Source of the DNA: Armatimonadota bacterium
GTDB lineage: Bacteria > Armatimonadota > UBA5829 > DTLH01
DNA length: 24,516 nucleotides
Direction: 5' to 3'
NCBI GenBank assembly: GCA_039680575.1
Contig: JBDKSP010000111.1
Span: forward strand, 1-24,516
In this document: positions 7,669 through 16,237 of the stretch, one piece after another
Layout: each line of letters opens with the position of its first letter
Numbering within the stretch: the first letter of the stretch is position 1
Position numbers and translations under genes: made by a program
The notes under the pieces: model-generated
The model's input: the letters and a program-made list of their open reading frames with translations, nothing else
Databases searched by the model: none
What the model was told of the DNA's origin: nothing

Positions 7669-8694
7669 ATGAAGTGCGAAAAAGCCCAAGAACTATTTTC
7701 TGATTATTTAGAGGATGCCCTCGAGTGCCCGATGGCTGTGGCGTTCGATCAGCATCTGAAGAGTTGTCCGGCATGTGCGCGCGAGTTCGCAGCATTTAAA
7801 ATGACCTGGAGTATGCTCGGGACTCTACCTGAGGTAGAACCTCCGTCCGATTTCGCGTCCGAAGTCATGATGAAAATCAGAATGCAGCGCGAAACGGAAA
7901 GGTGCAGTCGTCCCAGGTGGCAAACGATCTGGAGAGATGTATTCCAGTCGAAGGTGCCGGCCAAGGTCTTTGCTGGCGCAGCTACATTGTTCATTTTAGC
8001 GCAGGTAGTGCTGCACACGCCTGCCAGGACGACTATTGCGGCTTGGCTTGTGCCGAACATGACGACAAGAGTTGCAAAAAACACGCAACCATCGATCCCG
8101 GAGAACTGGAAGTCGGATTCGAGTGCTGAAGCGTGGCTTCAGAGTGGGCTCAGCTTTGAGCTGGAACCATCCGGGTCTAATATATTTCGGCTGGTACTTA
8201 AGCCCGAGTCCGTTACAAGCAAGAACATAAAGGTCTATCTGATGCCTTCCGACTGTGTAAGGTTCGATAGGGAAAATATCAGAAAAGCCGGTATTATATT
8301 TACAGGTGCGATCGGTGAAAAAGGACAAGTTATTCCGTTTGTCCTCAGCCGAAGCAATGATCAGGAAGTTATTACAGCTCTGATCGAATGGGAGCATCAT
8401 AATCAGAATTTTGCAGAAGCAGTGTTTGTGCCGGTTCATCTGAATTTTATGGGGACCGCAATGACATCGGATGTGAACATCAAAAATGCCGAGTTGTATG
8501 CAGCACTACAGGAAACCAGTGCTAAATTCGGCGTGGTGATACTCGCAAACGCTGATGTGAACGCTAAAGTAACCGTCGTCGATGAGACCAATGCCACGGT
8601 AGACGATGTGCTTTATAAGATATGCACAGATGCAGGTCTGCGATGGAGGCCCATCGGATCACAGGTTTATATAGTGGAGCGGAAAATAAAATAA
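7669..8694 (+). CDS. Zinc-binding (zf-HC2/ZAS) transmembrane anti-sigma factor with C-terminal FecR-CTD/STN-like domain
   Basis: 'MKCEKAQELFSDYLE...HLKSCPAC' (HxxxCxxC), a hydrophobic segment at ~aa 100-116, and C-terminal 'NIKNAELYAALQE...FGVVILA...ATVDDVLYKIC...GLRW...VYIV'. Lies directly downstream of the ECF sigma. Confidence 0.9.
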   Translation: MKCEKAQELFSDYLEDALECPMAVAFDQHLKSCPACAREFAAFKMTWSMLGTLPEVEPPSDFASEVMMKIRMQRETERCSRPRWQTIWRDVFQSKVPAKVFAGAATLFILAQVVLHTPARTTIAAWLVPNMTTRVAKNTQPSIPENWKSDSSAEAWLQSGLSFELEPSGSNIFRLVLKPESVTSKNIKVYLMPSDCVRFDRENIRKAGIIFTGAIGEKGQVIPFVLSRSNDQEVITALIEWEHHNQNFAEAVFVPVHLNFMGTAMTSDVNIKNAELYAALQETSAKFGVVILANADVNAKVTVVDETNATVDDVLYKICTDAGLRWRPIGSQVYIVERKIK

Positions 8695-8713
8695 TAACGT
8701 AGTGGCTGTTATG

Positions 8714-8750
8714 GAAAAGGCGTCCTGAAAATCAATCAGGACGCCTTTTC
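8714..8750. terminator. Bidirectional intrinsic terminator
   Basis: Perfect 15-bp inverted repeat GAAAAGGCGTCCTGA / TCAGGACGCCTTTTC between convergent genes. Confidence 0.9.
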
Positions 8751-8760
8751 TGATGTACGA

Positions 8761-9111
8761 CTACGGGAATGTATAATAATGTGGATAGCTCCAAGGTCCA
8801 CGGCTATCTCTGTAACCCCATCGGTAATCCCGGTAAGGACTGAAGTAGCGGTAATTATAATACTGGTCATAATAACCGGGAGGATATCCGTAATACGGAA
8901 CATATATGTAGACTGATGGGCCACGCCGGTAATAACGGTATTCGTAAGGAGGTTCTCCCAGGCCTATTGAAACGGATGATCCTCCATAATACCTGAACAA
9001 TTCTCCGCTTGATATGCTTATCCTGGCAAATGCTGTGCTTGTCATCAATATAGATGCCAGAGAGACAATCAGCGCCATTAGGAATATCCGTTTTCTTGCT
9101 CCTGTAACCAT
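8761..9111 (-). CDS. Small secreted Tyr/Gly/Pro/Arg-rich protein
   Basis: GGAGGA RBS, Sec signal peptide ending A-F-A (aa 29), and 23 Tyr in the 87-aa mature part. Confidence 0.85.
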   Translation of the reverse strand: MVTGARKRIFLMALIVSLASILMTSTAFARISISSGELFRYYGGSSVSIGLGEPPYEYRYYRRGPSVYIYVPYYGYPPGYYDQYYNYRYFSPYRDYRWGYRDSRGPWSYPHYYTFP

Positions 9112-9199
9112 TTCTATTCCTCCACAACATACTATTTATACCCAATCAATGCAGACTCATAGAAACAAGCTGGTTACTGATCCTTCTTTGCGCAGGATA

Positions 9200-9244
9200 A
9201 ATAAAAACAGCCGGTCGATATAAGCCCGACCGGCTGTTTTTATT
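9200..9244 (-). terminator. Intrinsic terminator of the PEP-CTERM gene
   Basis: 18-bp inverted repeat AATAAAAACAGCCGGTCG / CGACCGGCTGTTTTTATT. Confidence 0.9.
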
Positions 9245-9265
9245 ACTACGTGTATCTTTTCGAGT

Positions 9266-9985
9266 TTATTTTGTTCTTCGGCGAAGTCCTACGAAACCCA
9301 TACCCGCGAGAGCTGTCAGCAGTCCTGTGATTGATGATGGCTCAGGGACATTGGCCGTTTCATAAATAACAGTTACATTGCCTGATGTTTCAACAGGGAA
9401 CATTAAATATGCAACCCCGTTAAGTGTACTGACCTCCGACCACTGTGTAGCCTCCAGATTAATATCGTAAGTCCCTGTCCCAATGAAATTGGTCCAGTGT
9501 GAATTACCGATATAACCGGATTTGGTGTCGGAATTCAGTCCGCCTTCATAGATAAAGGCATCCGGTCCCGAGGAATTAAGATCCGTCCTGGTATCGCCTT
9601 CGTTTGCCGCAAGCGAGAAAGATCCCGTGTGAACAGCTTCAGCCATGCCGAATAGAGGCTGGTTGGAGTCTGTCAGCAATGAAACCTGGCTTGAGGAAAT
9701 GCCACACTTACCACCGAGCCCGAAGGTTCCGGTTGCTACTAGCTCTCCATCATTATCAAGAACAAGTGCGCCGCTATTTACATTCAGTGTAAGTATGACC
9801 TGGATCGAGGTCAATGTGCCTGATCCGACTTGGTCATTGAACTTATCAAAGGCAAATACTCTGTTCAAGCTTGGAGTACCTGAGAATGTCTTGGTCTGCA
9901 CTATAGTTCCGGCTAACGACGAAGTAGAAAGAACAAGCACGGCAATTACCGCGACGACCGCAGGCATAAACTTTTTAATTTTCAT
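9266..9985 (-). CDS. PEP-CTERM sorted surface protein, choice-of-anchor E-like domain
   Basis: AGGAGG RBS before ATG 9985, a signal peptide, 'FDKFN...GTLTSIQVIL', and C-terminal 'VPEPSS' followed by a TM helix and 'RRRTK'. Confidence 0.92.
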   Translation of the reverse strand: MKIKKFMPAVVAVIAVLVLSTSSLAGTIVQTKTFSGTPSLNRVFAFDKFNDQVGSGTLTSIQVILTLNVNSGALVLDNDGELVATGTFGLGGKCGISSSQVSLLTDSNQPLFGMAEAVHTGSFSLAANEGDTRTDLNSSGPDAFIYEGGLNSDTKSGYIGNSHWTNFIGTGTYDINLEATQWSEVSTLNGVAYLMFPVETSGNVTVIYETANVPEPSSITGLLTALAGMGFVGLRRRTK

Positions 9986-10051
9986 CTTTCCCTCCTTTCC
10001 CAAGTGTTTTTGAGGCCAGGCAGCCTGTTAATTCGACTGCTACTAATACGA

Positions 10052-10080
10052 AGTATAGCTGACAATCTTACAGATGTCAA
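10052..10080 (-). promoter_or_regulatory. Near-consensus sigma70 promoter of the PEP-CTERM gene
   Basis: Minus strand TTGACA-17 bp-TATACT. Confidence 0.8.
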
Positions 10081-10229
10081 TTGCATCGACATCATATATT
10101 GAAAAACAGGTATTTATACGAAAACAAAATGACAGTATGTATATATAGTCAATATTATGTATTACTATCATTATGAAGAGGATTCATTATAATATATGTA
10201 GAACTGTTTGCTGGAGAGAATGTGTCTAC

Positions 10230-10700
10230 ATGATTGATATACGTAAAGCAGAGATAACCGACATTGAGCATTTCCAAAGAATACACGAATTGGCGGTTCG
10301 AGAACTGGCCAAAAATTACTATGAGCCTGAGCAGATCGATGTCTGGGCAAAAGGGTCTTCACCAGAAAAACTAGCCGCTGCGATTGAAGCAGGCAAAGCA
10401 TTTATCGCAGAATACGATGGAAAACCGGCAGGATATGCTATGATAGATCTCGCCTCCGGATGGGTACTGGCAGTCTATGTAGCGCCGGAATATGCAGGCC
10501 GAGGTGTCGGGACTGCGCTTTGCAGCTATGTCGAAAAGCTTGCTGTGGGTCATGGACTAAAGTCGCTTTACCTGGACGCATCGCTGAATGCTTTTCATTT
10601 CTACACGGGAATCGGATATGTAGAAGTAGAAAGAAAAGCTTTCCAGATTGCTAAAGACATTAAAATGGACAGTGTTAATATGAAAAAGAGTATAGGTTGA
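10230..10700 (+). CDS. GNAT family N-acetyltransferase (YafP-like)
   Basis: Motif A 'VYVAPEYAGRGVGTAL' and 'LDASLNAFHFYTGIGY'. Start at ATG 10230 after GGAGAG. Confidence 0.93.
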   Translation: MIDIRKAEITDIEHFQRIHELAVRELAKNYYEPEQIDVWAKGSSPEKLAAAIEAGKAFIAEYDGKPAGYAMIDLASGWVLAVYVAPEYAGRGVGTALCSYVEKLAVGHGLKSLYLDASLNAFHFYTGIGYVEVERKAFQIAKDIKMDSVNMKKSIG

Positions 10701-10760
10701 GTCGGTCTCGATGATGCAAAGTCAATTTGACCATAACTTATTCCATAAAAGGGGATCATT

Positions 10761-11348
10761 ATGATAGATAATCCATTCAGCTACAACAAATACCTTGTAC
10801 GCAGACAGTTTATGAAGCTCTTTGGCGCAACGCTTCGATTTTATGCGCTGCCAAATCAGTCATTGGCTTTCTTTGTCAGCATGAAAGCCTTTAAGCTGAA
10901 AGAAGATATCAGGGTGTACACGGATGAGCAGAAACGCCAGGAAGTTCTGGTAATAAAAGCCCGGAATATTATCGATTTTTCCAGTGCATACGATGTCTGG
11001 GATCCCATGAAGAACGAGAAGGTAGGTGCGCTTAAGAGGTGCGGGCTCAAATCGATGATAAAAGACGAATGGGTCATCATGGACCAGTATGACCATGAGA
11101 TAGGGCTGATTACCGAAGACAGCATGCTTTTAGCATTGCTAAGGCGTTTCATAACAAATCTGATACCTCAAAAGTTCCACGGCGAGATCAGTAATCGGCA
11201 TGTATTCACATTAGAACAGCACTTCAATCCGATTATTTCGAAGATGGATGTGGATTTTACTCCTGATATTACGCAGGCTCTTGATAGAAGACTGGGGATT
11301 GCCGCAACCGTATTGATGTGCTGCATAGAGGGAAGACAAGGTAACTGA
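10761..11348 (+). CDS. LURP-one/scramblase (tubby-C-like) family protein
   Basis: 'KAFKLKEDIRVY...IKARNIIDFSSAYDV...VGALKR.GLKS' and terminal helix 'LDRRLGIAATVLM'. GGGG RBS. Confidence 0.75.
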   Translation: MIDNPFSYNKYLVRRQFMKLFGATLRFYALPNQSLAFFVSMKAFKLKEDIRVYTDEQKRQEVLVIKARNIIDFSSAYDVWDPMKNEKVGALKRCGLKSMIKDEWVIMDQYDHEIGLITEDSMLLALLRRFITNLIPQKFHGEISNRHVFTLEQHFNPIISKMDVDFTPDITQALDRRLGIAATVLMCCIEGRQGN

Positions 11349-11548
11349 TGGGGGTTCATACATGAAACTCACAGAAAAATCTTGTCTGTGGCGGCAGCCG
11401 GAACTCAGCTCACAAGTGTTTTCTTATAACCACAAGTTCACTCGATAGAAAACAGTTCATGCAATAAAACAGGTAATAATACAGACCAGTTAGGTACGGT
11501 TTTTGAAGTTGATTGAGTGGGAAATACTGCAGGAAGGAAGCAGCGCGT

Positions 11549-11854
11549 ATGAAAACACTCATCAGCAAGGAAAGCATAATATTATCACTGATCTGTATGG
11601 CTGATATGTTCAGCACTTTAATAATGGTATCGATGGGATATGCCACTGAGCAGAATCCATTGATGGCGACATGTCTTCGCCACAGCGCCTGGATGTTCCT
11701 TGTTGCAAAGACTGCAAGCTTCCTTCCGTTTATCGTTGTTGTCGAGTGGTATAGACGGCAAAAGCCGGCTTTCGCCCGAAATGTCACCCGCGCGGCGATA
11801 ATCCTTTATGTTCTTACATATATAACTATCACCGCTCGTGTAAATATGGCTTAG
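11549..11854 (+). CDS. DUF5658 family small membrane protein
   Basis: 'ADMFST...G.ATEQNPLM...FLVAK' pattern and three hydrophobic segments. AGGAAGG RBS. Confidence 0.8.
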   Translation: MKTLISKESIILSLICMADMFSTLIMVSMGYATEQNPLMATCLRHSAWMFLVAKTASFLPFIVVVEWYRRQKPAFARNVTRAAIILYVLTYITITARVNMA

Positions 11855-11998
11855 AAATTGAGATATGAAGGCATCTCTCGAATAAATTGCAGTGTTACGA
11901 CGATAGATGAATCGGTTAGCGTCCGGGTAAAAGTATACAAATGACTTTCAGGTGCCGCCTGGGAGAGTTTTATACTTACGTTGGAAGCGGGTGTGAAG

Positions 11999-12526
11999 AT
12001 GTCTCTTCTGCAGCGATTCAGAAAAGAGAGCGACGAGCACAAGCAAAGGCTGCCTAAAGTGCTGCACGCGATGGAGGTGCTGTTCATCGAACAGCGGTGC
12101 TTCGATGTTGACCGTGACCGTGACCTGGACTGGGAATACGAGCATATGAACGATTCAGTCAAGTACGGCAGGATCCTCGCCAAACATCGCAATCTGTCTG
12201 CAGACCTCGCAGCTTGCGCGGTGGCTCTTCAGAACATCGGCCGGATCAGCACGGGGAAATCGGAAGGACACGCGGAGTCCGGTTACGAGCCCGCCAAGAG
12301 CTTTCTGGCCGCGCTGAAGTGCTTTACCCAGCATGAGATCGAGCAAATTGCATCAGCCGTCAAAAATCACAGCAGGAAAGACCATGTCGACGCGCCTCTG
12401 GACGAGTTGTCGAAGGATGTGGATATTTATGTCAGGTATATCCACGGAGATGAGTTCAAGATGGACCATGAGCACCGCCGGTTGTCCGCAATACTGCTGG
12501 AATTTAGGAAGAAAGCGAAAGCTTAA
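11999..12526 (+). CDS. HD-domain-fold protein with degenerate HD motif (QN)
   Basis: 'EH...ILAKHRNLSADLAACAVALQNIGR...HAESG...IASAVKNHS...KDVD' follows the HD-domain layout. Confidence 0.75.
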   Translation: MSLLQRFRKESDEHKQRLPKVLHAMEVLFIEQRCFDVDRDRDLDWEYEHMNDSVKYGRILAKHRNLSADLAACAVALQNIGRISTGKSEGHAESGYEPAKSFLAALKCFTQHEIEQIASAVKNHSRKDHVDAPLDELSKDVDIYVRYIHGDEFKMDHEHRRLSAILLEFRKKAKA

Positions 12527-13107
12527 CGCTTCGACACCCAGGCTGAATCATCGGCTGAGTAGAACCGCCAAAGCTCCTCTGCGCCCAGCTTGATACCGAC
12601 TCTGGTCGTTTGCACCAGGTTGTGCTTCTCATGGCCTTCCACAATCCGCAAGTTCCCCGCCGTAAGGTCTGTGTGGTTCAGGCTGCCATCTATCCTGAGT
12701 GCTTTTGTGAGCTTTCCCGGCCCACTGCAGAGGTTTTTGGGAATGGCGGTACCCCTGGCCTCGATCATGAGGTCCATTCCCTCCAGCGGTTCCAGTGCCC
12801 GGAGCAGGACAGCTTCAGCGACACCTTCGGGCATGGTTACGGCGTTCAGACACCAGTGAGTGTGGATCATATATATGTAAGCATGTCCCGGAGGACCGAA
12901 CATCGCCTGGTTGCGCTTGGTCAAGCCCCGTGTGGCGTGGTTCGCGGGATCACCTGTCAGGTAGGCTTCAGTTTCGATTATTCTACCGGCGATTACACCG
13001 TCTGGAGTCTCATACACCAGAAGATGCCCTATAAGCCGGCGCGCGACTGTCAGTGTATCCTGAAGATAAAAAGCCCGGTCAAGAGCCGGGCGGGTCAAGA
13101 GGTCCAT
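12523..13107 (-). CDS. mpg: DNA-3-methyladenine glycosylase (MPG/AAG family)
   Basis: 'GRIIETEAY', 'MFGPPGHAYIY', 'AVLLRALEP', 'LCSGPGKLTKAL', 'RVGI...WRFY'. Confidence 0.96.
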   Translation of the reverse strand: MDLLTRPALDRAFYLQDTLTVARRLIGHLLVYETPDGVIAGRIIETEAYLTGDPANHATRGLTKRNQAMFGPPGHAYIYMIHTHWCLNAVTMPEGVAEAVLLRALEPLEGMDLMIEARGTAIPKNLCSGPGKLTKALRIDGSLNHTDLTAGNLRIVEGHEKHNLVQTTRVGIKLGAEELWRFYSADDSAWVSKR

Positions 13108-13129
13108 AAATTATCCAGACAAGCATAGA

Positions 13130-13159
13130 TTGACCGAATGGTCGGCTATCGAATATAAT
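13130..13159 (+). promoter_or_regulatory. sigma70-type promoter of tRNA-Gln
   Basis: TTGACC-18 bp-TATAAT, 12 bp before the tRNA. Confidence 0.75.
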
Positions 13160-13171
13160 TATACCAGCGAT

Positions 13172-13245
13172 TGCTGGGTCGTCCAATGGCAGGACGCGAG
13201 ACTTTGGATCTCGTCATCTAGGTTCGAATCCTGGCCCAGCAGCCA
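13172..13245 (+). tRNA. tRNA-Gln (anticodon UUG)
   Basis: Acceptor TGCTGGG/CCCAGCA (U1-A72), anticodon stem CGAGA/TCTCG with TTG at 13204-13206, T loop TTCGAAT, and GCCA end. Confidence 0.98.
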
Positions 13246-13303
13246 TATTTCATTTTAGCCGTTTCATCGAACCAGCTTCCCACAAGTTCCTTTCTACCAC
13301 AGA

Positions 13304-13332
13304 TTGTCCTTTATCGGTACGGATGGTATAAT
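13304..13332 (+). promoter_or_regulatory. sigma70 promoter of the fic gene
   Basis: TTGTCC-17 bp-TATAAT with TGn extension. Confidence 0.75.
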
Positions 13333-13375
13333 TTAACGGCAAGTTAACGGCAATAATATCTATTGTTATCGGCAA
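13311..13375 (+). repeat. Four phased direct repeats, consensus TTAWCGGCAA
   Basis: Copies at 13311 (TTATCGGTAC), 13333 and 13344 (TTAACGGCAA), and 13366 (TTATCGGCAA); spacings 22, 11, 22 bp. Confidence 0.85.
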
Positions 13376-13388
13376 TGTTTTCAGGATT

Positions 13389-14507
13389 ATGGGAAATACT
13401 CAGTCTCAGTGGCAGCCAAAATACAGAATTACACCATCCATAGCACGTCACCTGATGGAGATCGAAGCCGCTCGTGTGGTGGTTGAAAATACTCCTCTTC
13501 CACTTGCAGTTCAGTCCGAACTGACACGAAAGGCGCGGATACGCGCAACTCATTATTCTACTCGCATAGAAGGCAACAGATTGACGCTACAAGAAGCCGA
13601 AGAGGTTATATCTAATAGGCGAAGGCAGTTCCACGGTCGTGAGCGTGATGTAGCCGAGGTGCAGAACTACTGGAGCGCTCTCGTTAGGGTAGAAGAATGG
13701 GCGAAGAAAGCGATGAAGCCGATAACAGAGGATACCATAAAGCATATACATGCCATCGTGATGAATGGCTCGAGGTCTAGGCCTATTCCTTACCGAGATG
13801 GACAGAACGTCATCAGAGATTCACTCACCGGCGGTATTATATATCTTCCTCCAGAAGCTCAAGATGTGCCTGCGTTGATGCAAGAGTTAATTAAGTGGAT
13901 CGATGCAGCTGAAAAGGAGCAGGTTCCGGCTGTTATCATAGCAGCATTCGCGCACTACCAGTTCGTAACGGTTCATCCATATTATGATGGCAACGGACGG
14001 ACAGCAAGATTATTGGCTACTTTTATTTTACACAGAAGAGGATATGGCCTTAACGGGCTTTTCTCTCTGGAGGAGTATCATTCCAGAGATTTAGGCGCTT
14101 ATTATGATGCATTAGATGTCGGTGGACATCACAACTACTATATAGGACGTGCTGATGCAGATCTTACCATCTGGCTGGAATACTTCGTAAGCACACTTGC
14201 AGCTGTGTTTTCTGCCGCCAGAGATGAAGCTTTGAGATGTGCGGAAAACGGCATTCCAGCAGAGCCCGAGGAACTGCGGAAGCTTGATCACCGGGCACGA
14301 GTGGTGATGGCATTGTTTTCCTGGCAGGATACTATTACGTCACGAGATGTGGCCAAGTCGCTGGGGCTATCAGACCGAATGGCGCGTGTCCTGCTTAATG
14401 AATGGGTTGATGCTGGTTGGATCGTTGTGGCTAATCCGTCCAAGCGAGCCCGTAGTTACTCGCTTTCGGCTGAGTATCGGAGACATCTTAATGTAACAGC
14501 TGAATAA
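13389..14507 (+). CDS. Class II Fic (AMPylase) protein with C-terminal winged HTH
   Basis: Catalytic 'HPYYDGNGRTAR', N-terminal inhibitory motif 'STRIEG' matching (S/T)xxxE(G/N), and wHTH 'ITSRDVAKSLGLSDRMARVLLNEWVDAGWI'. Confidence 0.95.
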   Translation: MGNTQSQWQPKYRITPSIARHLMEIEAARVVVENTPLPLAVQSELTRKARIRATHYSTRIEGNRLTLQEAEEVISNRRRQFHGRERDVAEVQNYWSALVRVEEWAKKAMKPITEDTIKHIHAIVMNGSRSRPIPYRDGQNVIRDSLTGGIIYLPPEAQDVPALMQELIKWIDAAEKEQVPAVIIAAFAHYQFVTVHPYYDGNGRTARLLATFILHRRGYGLNGLFSLEEYHSRDLGAYYDALDVGGHHNYYIGRADADLTIWLEYFVSTLAAVFSAARDEALRCAENGIPAEPEELRKLDHRARVVMALFSWQDTITSRDVAKSLGLSDRMARVLLNEWVDAGWIVVANPSKRARSYSLSAEYRRHLNVTAE

Positions 14508-14611
14508 TGATGATTCCCCTCAGCATTTTTCTTGACCAGCAGGCCTGTCAAGTGCTATTTTAGATTTAATGCCGTGCTTCCGGCAGCGGGTCATATCTCG
14601 CGGAGGGTTCA

Positions 14612-16237
14612 ATGGACGGTAAGACAGGGTTCTACAGTACATTTGACGACTATCTGGCCTGGTTTATGCGGGAATCGCCGACTATGGCAACGGTCCTCGG
14701 TGTCCACGACTACGACGACCGGCTTTCAGACTTGTCTCTTTCCTCGCTTGACGATCAATATCGTAAAAACCGGCAATACCTCGCACAGTTCGAGCCATTC
14801 CAGCTTGCGGATGATAAAGATGTCGCGGTCGATGCCACTTTGGCTGTGTCCATGGTTAGTGATTCGATACGGGAACACGAAAAGCTGAAATTCAAGCTGA
14901 GGATGCCCGACGTTTACGTGGAAGAATCGATTTTTGGGCCGTATAGCCTTCTTCTCAAGGAATTTGCGCCTCTTCCCGAACGGCTCAAAAACCTCATCGG
15001 CAGACTTTCGGATGTTCCGCGCGTGTTGGAGCAGGGGAAAGCAAACCTCACAAACCCTCCAAGGATCTGGACCGAGATCGCTAAAAATCACGCCAAAGGC
15101 GGGATAACATTTTTTGAGGAGACTGTTCCGGTAATTGCTTCACAATCATCTGAATTAGCCGGTAAGGTAATCGGATCGAGCGAAAAGGCTGCCGCAGCTA
15201 TGAAAGATTTCCTCCGTTTCTTGGAGACGGATCTCAAAGAACGGTCGGATGGGGAGTTTGCGATAGGCGAGGAGTTGTGGAACGAGATAGTCCGGGAACA
15301 GCATATGCTGGATGCTGACGCGGACCGGATAGAGCGTACCGGGCACAGCCTGATCGCTTCTACCAGGGAGGCCATGTCCGAGGTAGCCCGGGAAATTGCT
15401 CCCGGACGGGATAGAATGGATGTGCTGGATGATCTGCGCGAGCAGCATCCGCAGCCGGATGAACTGCTGAATGTCTACCGCGACGCGATGGACAGGTCGC
15501 GCCGGTTTATTATCGATCATGACCTTGTGACGGTTCCGGAAGGTGAATGGCTCGAAATTCAGGAGACGCCTGTCTTCGAGCGGGCCACGCTTCCATTCGC
15601 AGCATACCTTATGCCGGGGCCGTTCGAGAAGCAGCAGCAGGGCGTGTTCTGGGTCACTCCGGCCGATAAAAGTCTGTCGGATGATGAGTTGGAAACCAGG
15701 CTTCGAGGCCAGCCATACGGCAAAATTCCGGTCACTGCGGTGCATGAGGGGTATCCCGGCCATCATCTGCAGCTTGTAAGGGGCAATCAGGCAGCGACAC
15801 TGCCGCGCAAAGTCGGTGCTTCGACACTTTTCGTGGAGGGCTGGGCGTTCTACTGCGAAGAGATGATGGAGCAGCAGGGGTTTCTGACAGATCAGGCATG
15901 CCGGATGCTGAGGCTAGCCGATCAATTGTGGCGGGCATGCCGGATAGTGATAGATGTAGGCCTCCATGTGAGAGGAATGTCCATAGATGACGCTGTCAGA
16001 ATGCTTGTCGACGTGGCCGGGCTCGAAAAGCCGGATGCCGTGGCGGAGGTCTATCGCTACACCCAGTCTCCGACTCAGCCGATGTGCTATCTGATCGGAA
16101 AGCTCGAAATTATGAAGATTGCCAATGAATATCGAGCTAAGTGCGGATCGGATTTCAACCTGAAGAGCTTCCATGACAAACTCCTGTCGTTCGGCTCGCT
16201 GACCCCGAAGCTTATCAGAACCATGTTGTTCGACTGA
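14612..16237 (+). CDS. DUF885 family putative zinc metallopeptidase (no signal peptide)
   Basis: 'HEGYPGHHLQ', 'FVEGWAFYCE', 'LWRACRIVIDVGLH', 'EVYRYTQSPTQPMCY', 'FHDKLLSFG'. GGAGG RBS. Confidence 0.93.
   Translation: MDGKTGFYSTFDDYLAWFMRESPTMATVLGVHDYDDRLSDLSLSSLDDQYRKNRQYLAQFEPFQLADDKDVAVDATLAVSMVSDSIREHEKLKFKLRMPDVYVEESIFGPYSLLLKEFAPLPERLKNLIGRLSDVPRVLEQGKANLTNPPRIWTEIAKNHAKGGITFFEETVPVIASQSSELAGKVIGSSEKAAAAMKDFLRFLETDLKERSDGEFAIGEELWNEIVREQHMLDADADRIERTGHSLIASTREAMSEVAREIAPGRDRMDVLDDLREQHPQPDELLNVYRDAMDRSRRFIIDHDLVTVPEGEWLEIQETPVFERATLPFAAYLMPGPFEKQQQGVFWVTPADKSLSDDELETRLRGQPYGKIPVTAVHEGYPGHHLQLVRGNQAATLPRKVGASTLFVEGWAFYCEEMMEQQGFLTDQACRMLRLADQLWRACRIVIDVGLHVRGMSIDDAVRMLVDVAGLEKPDAVAEVYRYTQSPTQPMCYLIGKLEIMKIANEYRAKCGSDFNLKSFHDKLLSFGSLTPKLIRTMLFD

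Noticed and set aside
7506..7703. 65-aa TTG-start ORF between sigma and anti-sigma
   Set aside because: RBS spacing is too short, it overlaps the anti-sigma start and has no protein-like features. RNA structure explains the region better.
11362..11448. 28-codon ORF (MKLTEKSCLWRQ...) after GGGGG
   Set aside because: Too short and featureless to support without homology or ribosome profiling.
14531..14552. CTTGAC-N10-GTCAAG palindrome as a specific operator
   Set aside because: It overlaps a likely -35 box of the DUF885 gene and cannot be told apart from a fic terminator stem or chance.
10698..16237. Selenocysteine read-through of the TGA stops of the GNAT, LURP-one-like and DUF885 genes (also CBS-DUF1385 at 22685)
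   Set aside because: The domains are complete at the TGA, the positions are not Cys-equivalent, and I recognised no SECIS-like hairpin.
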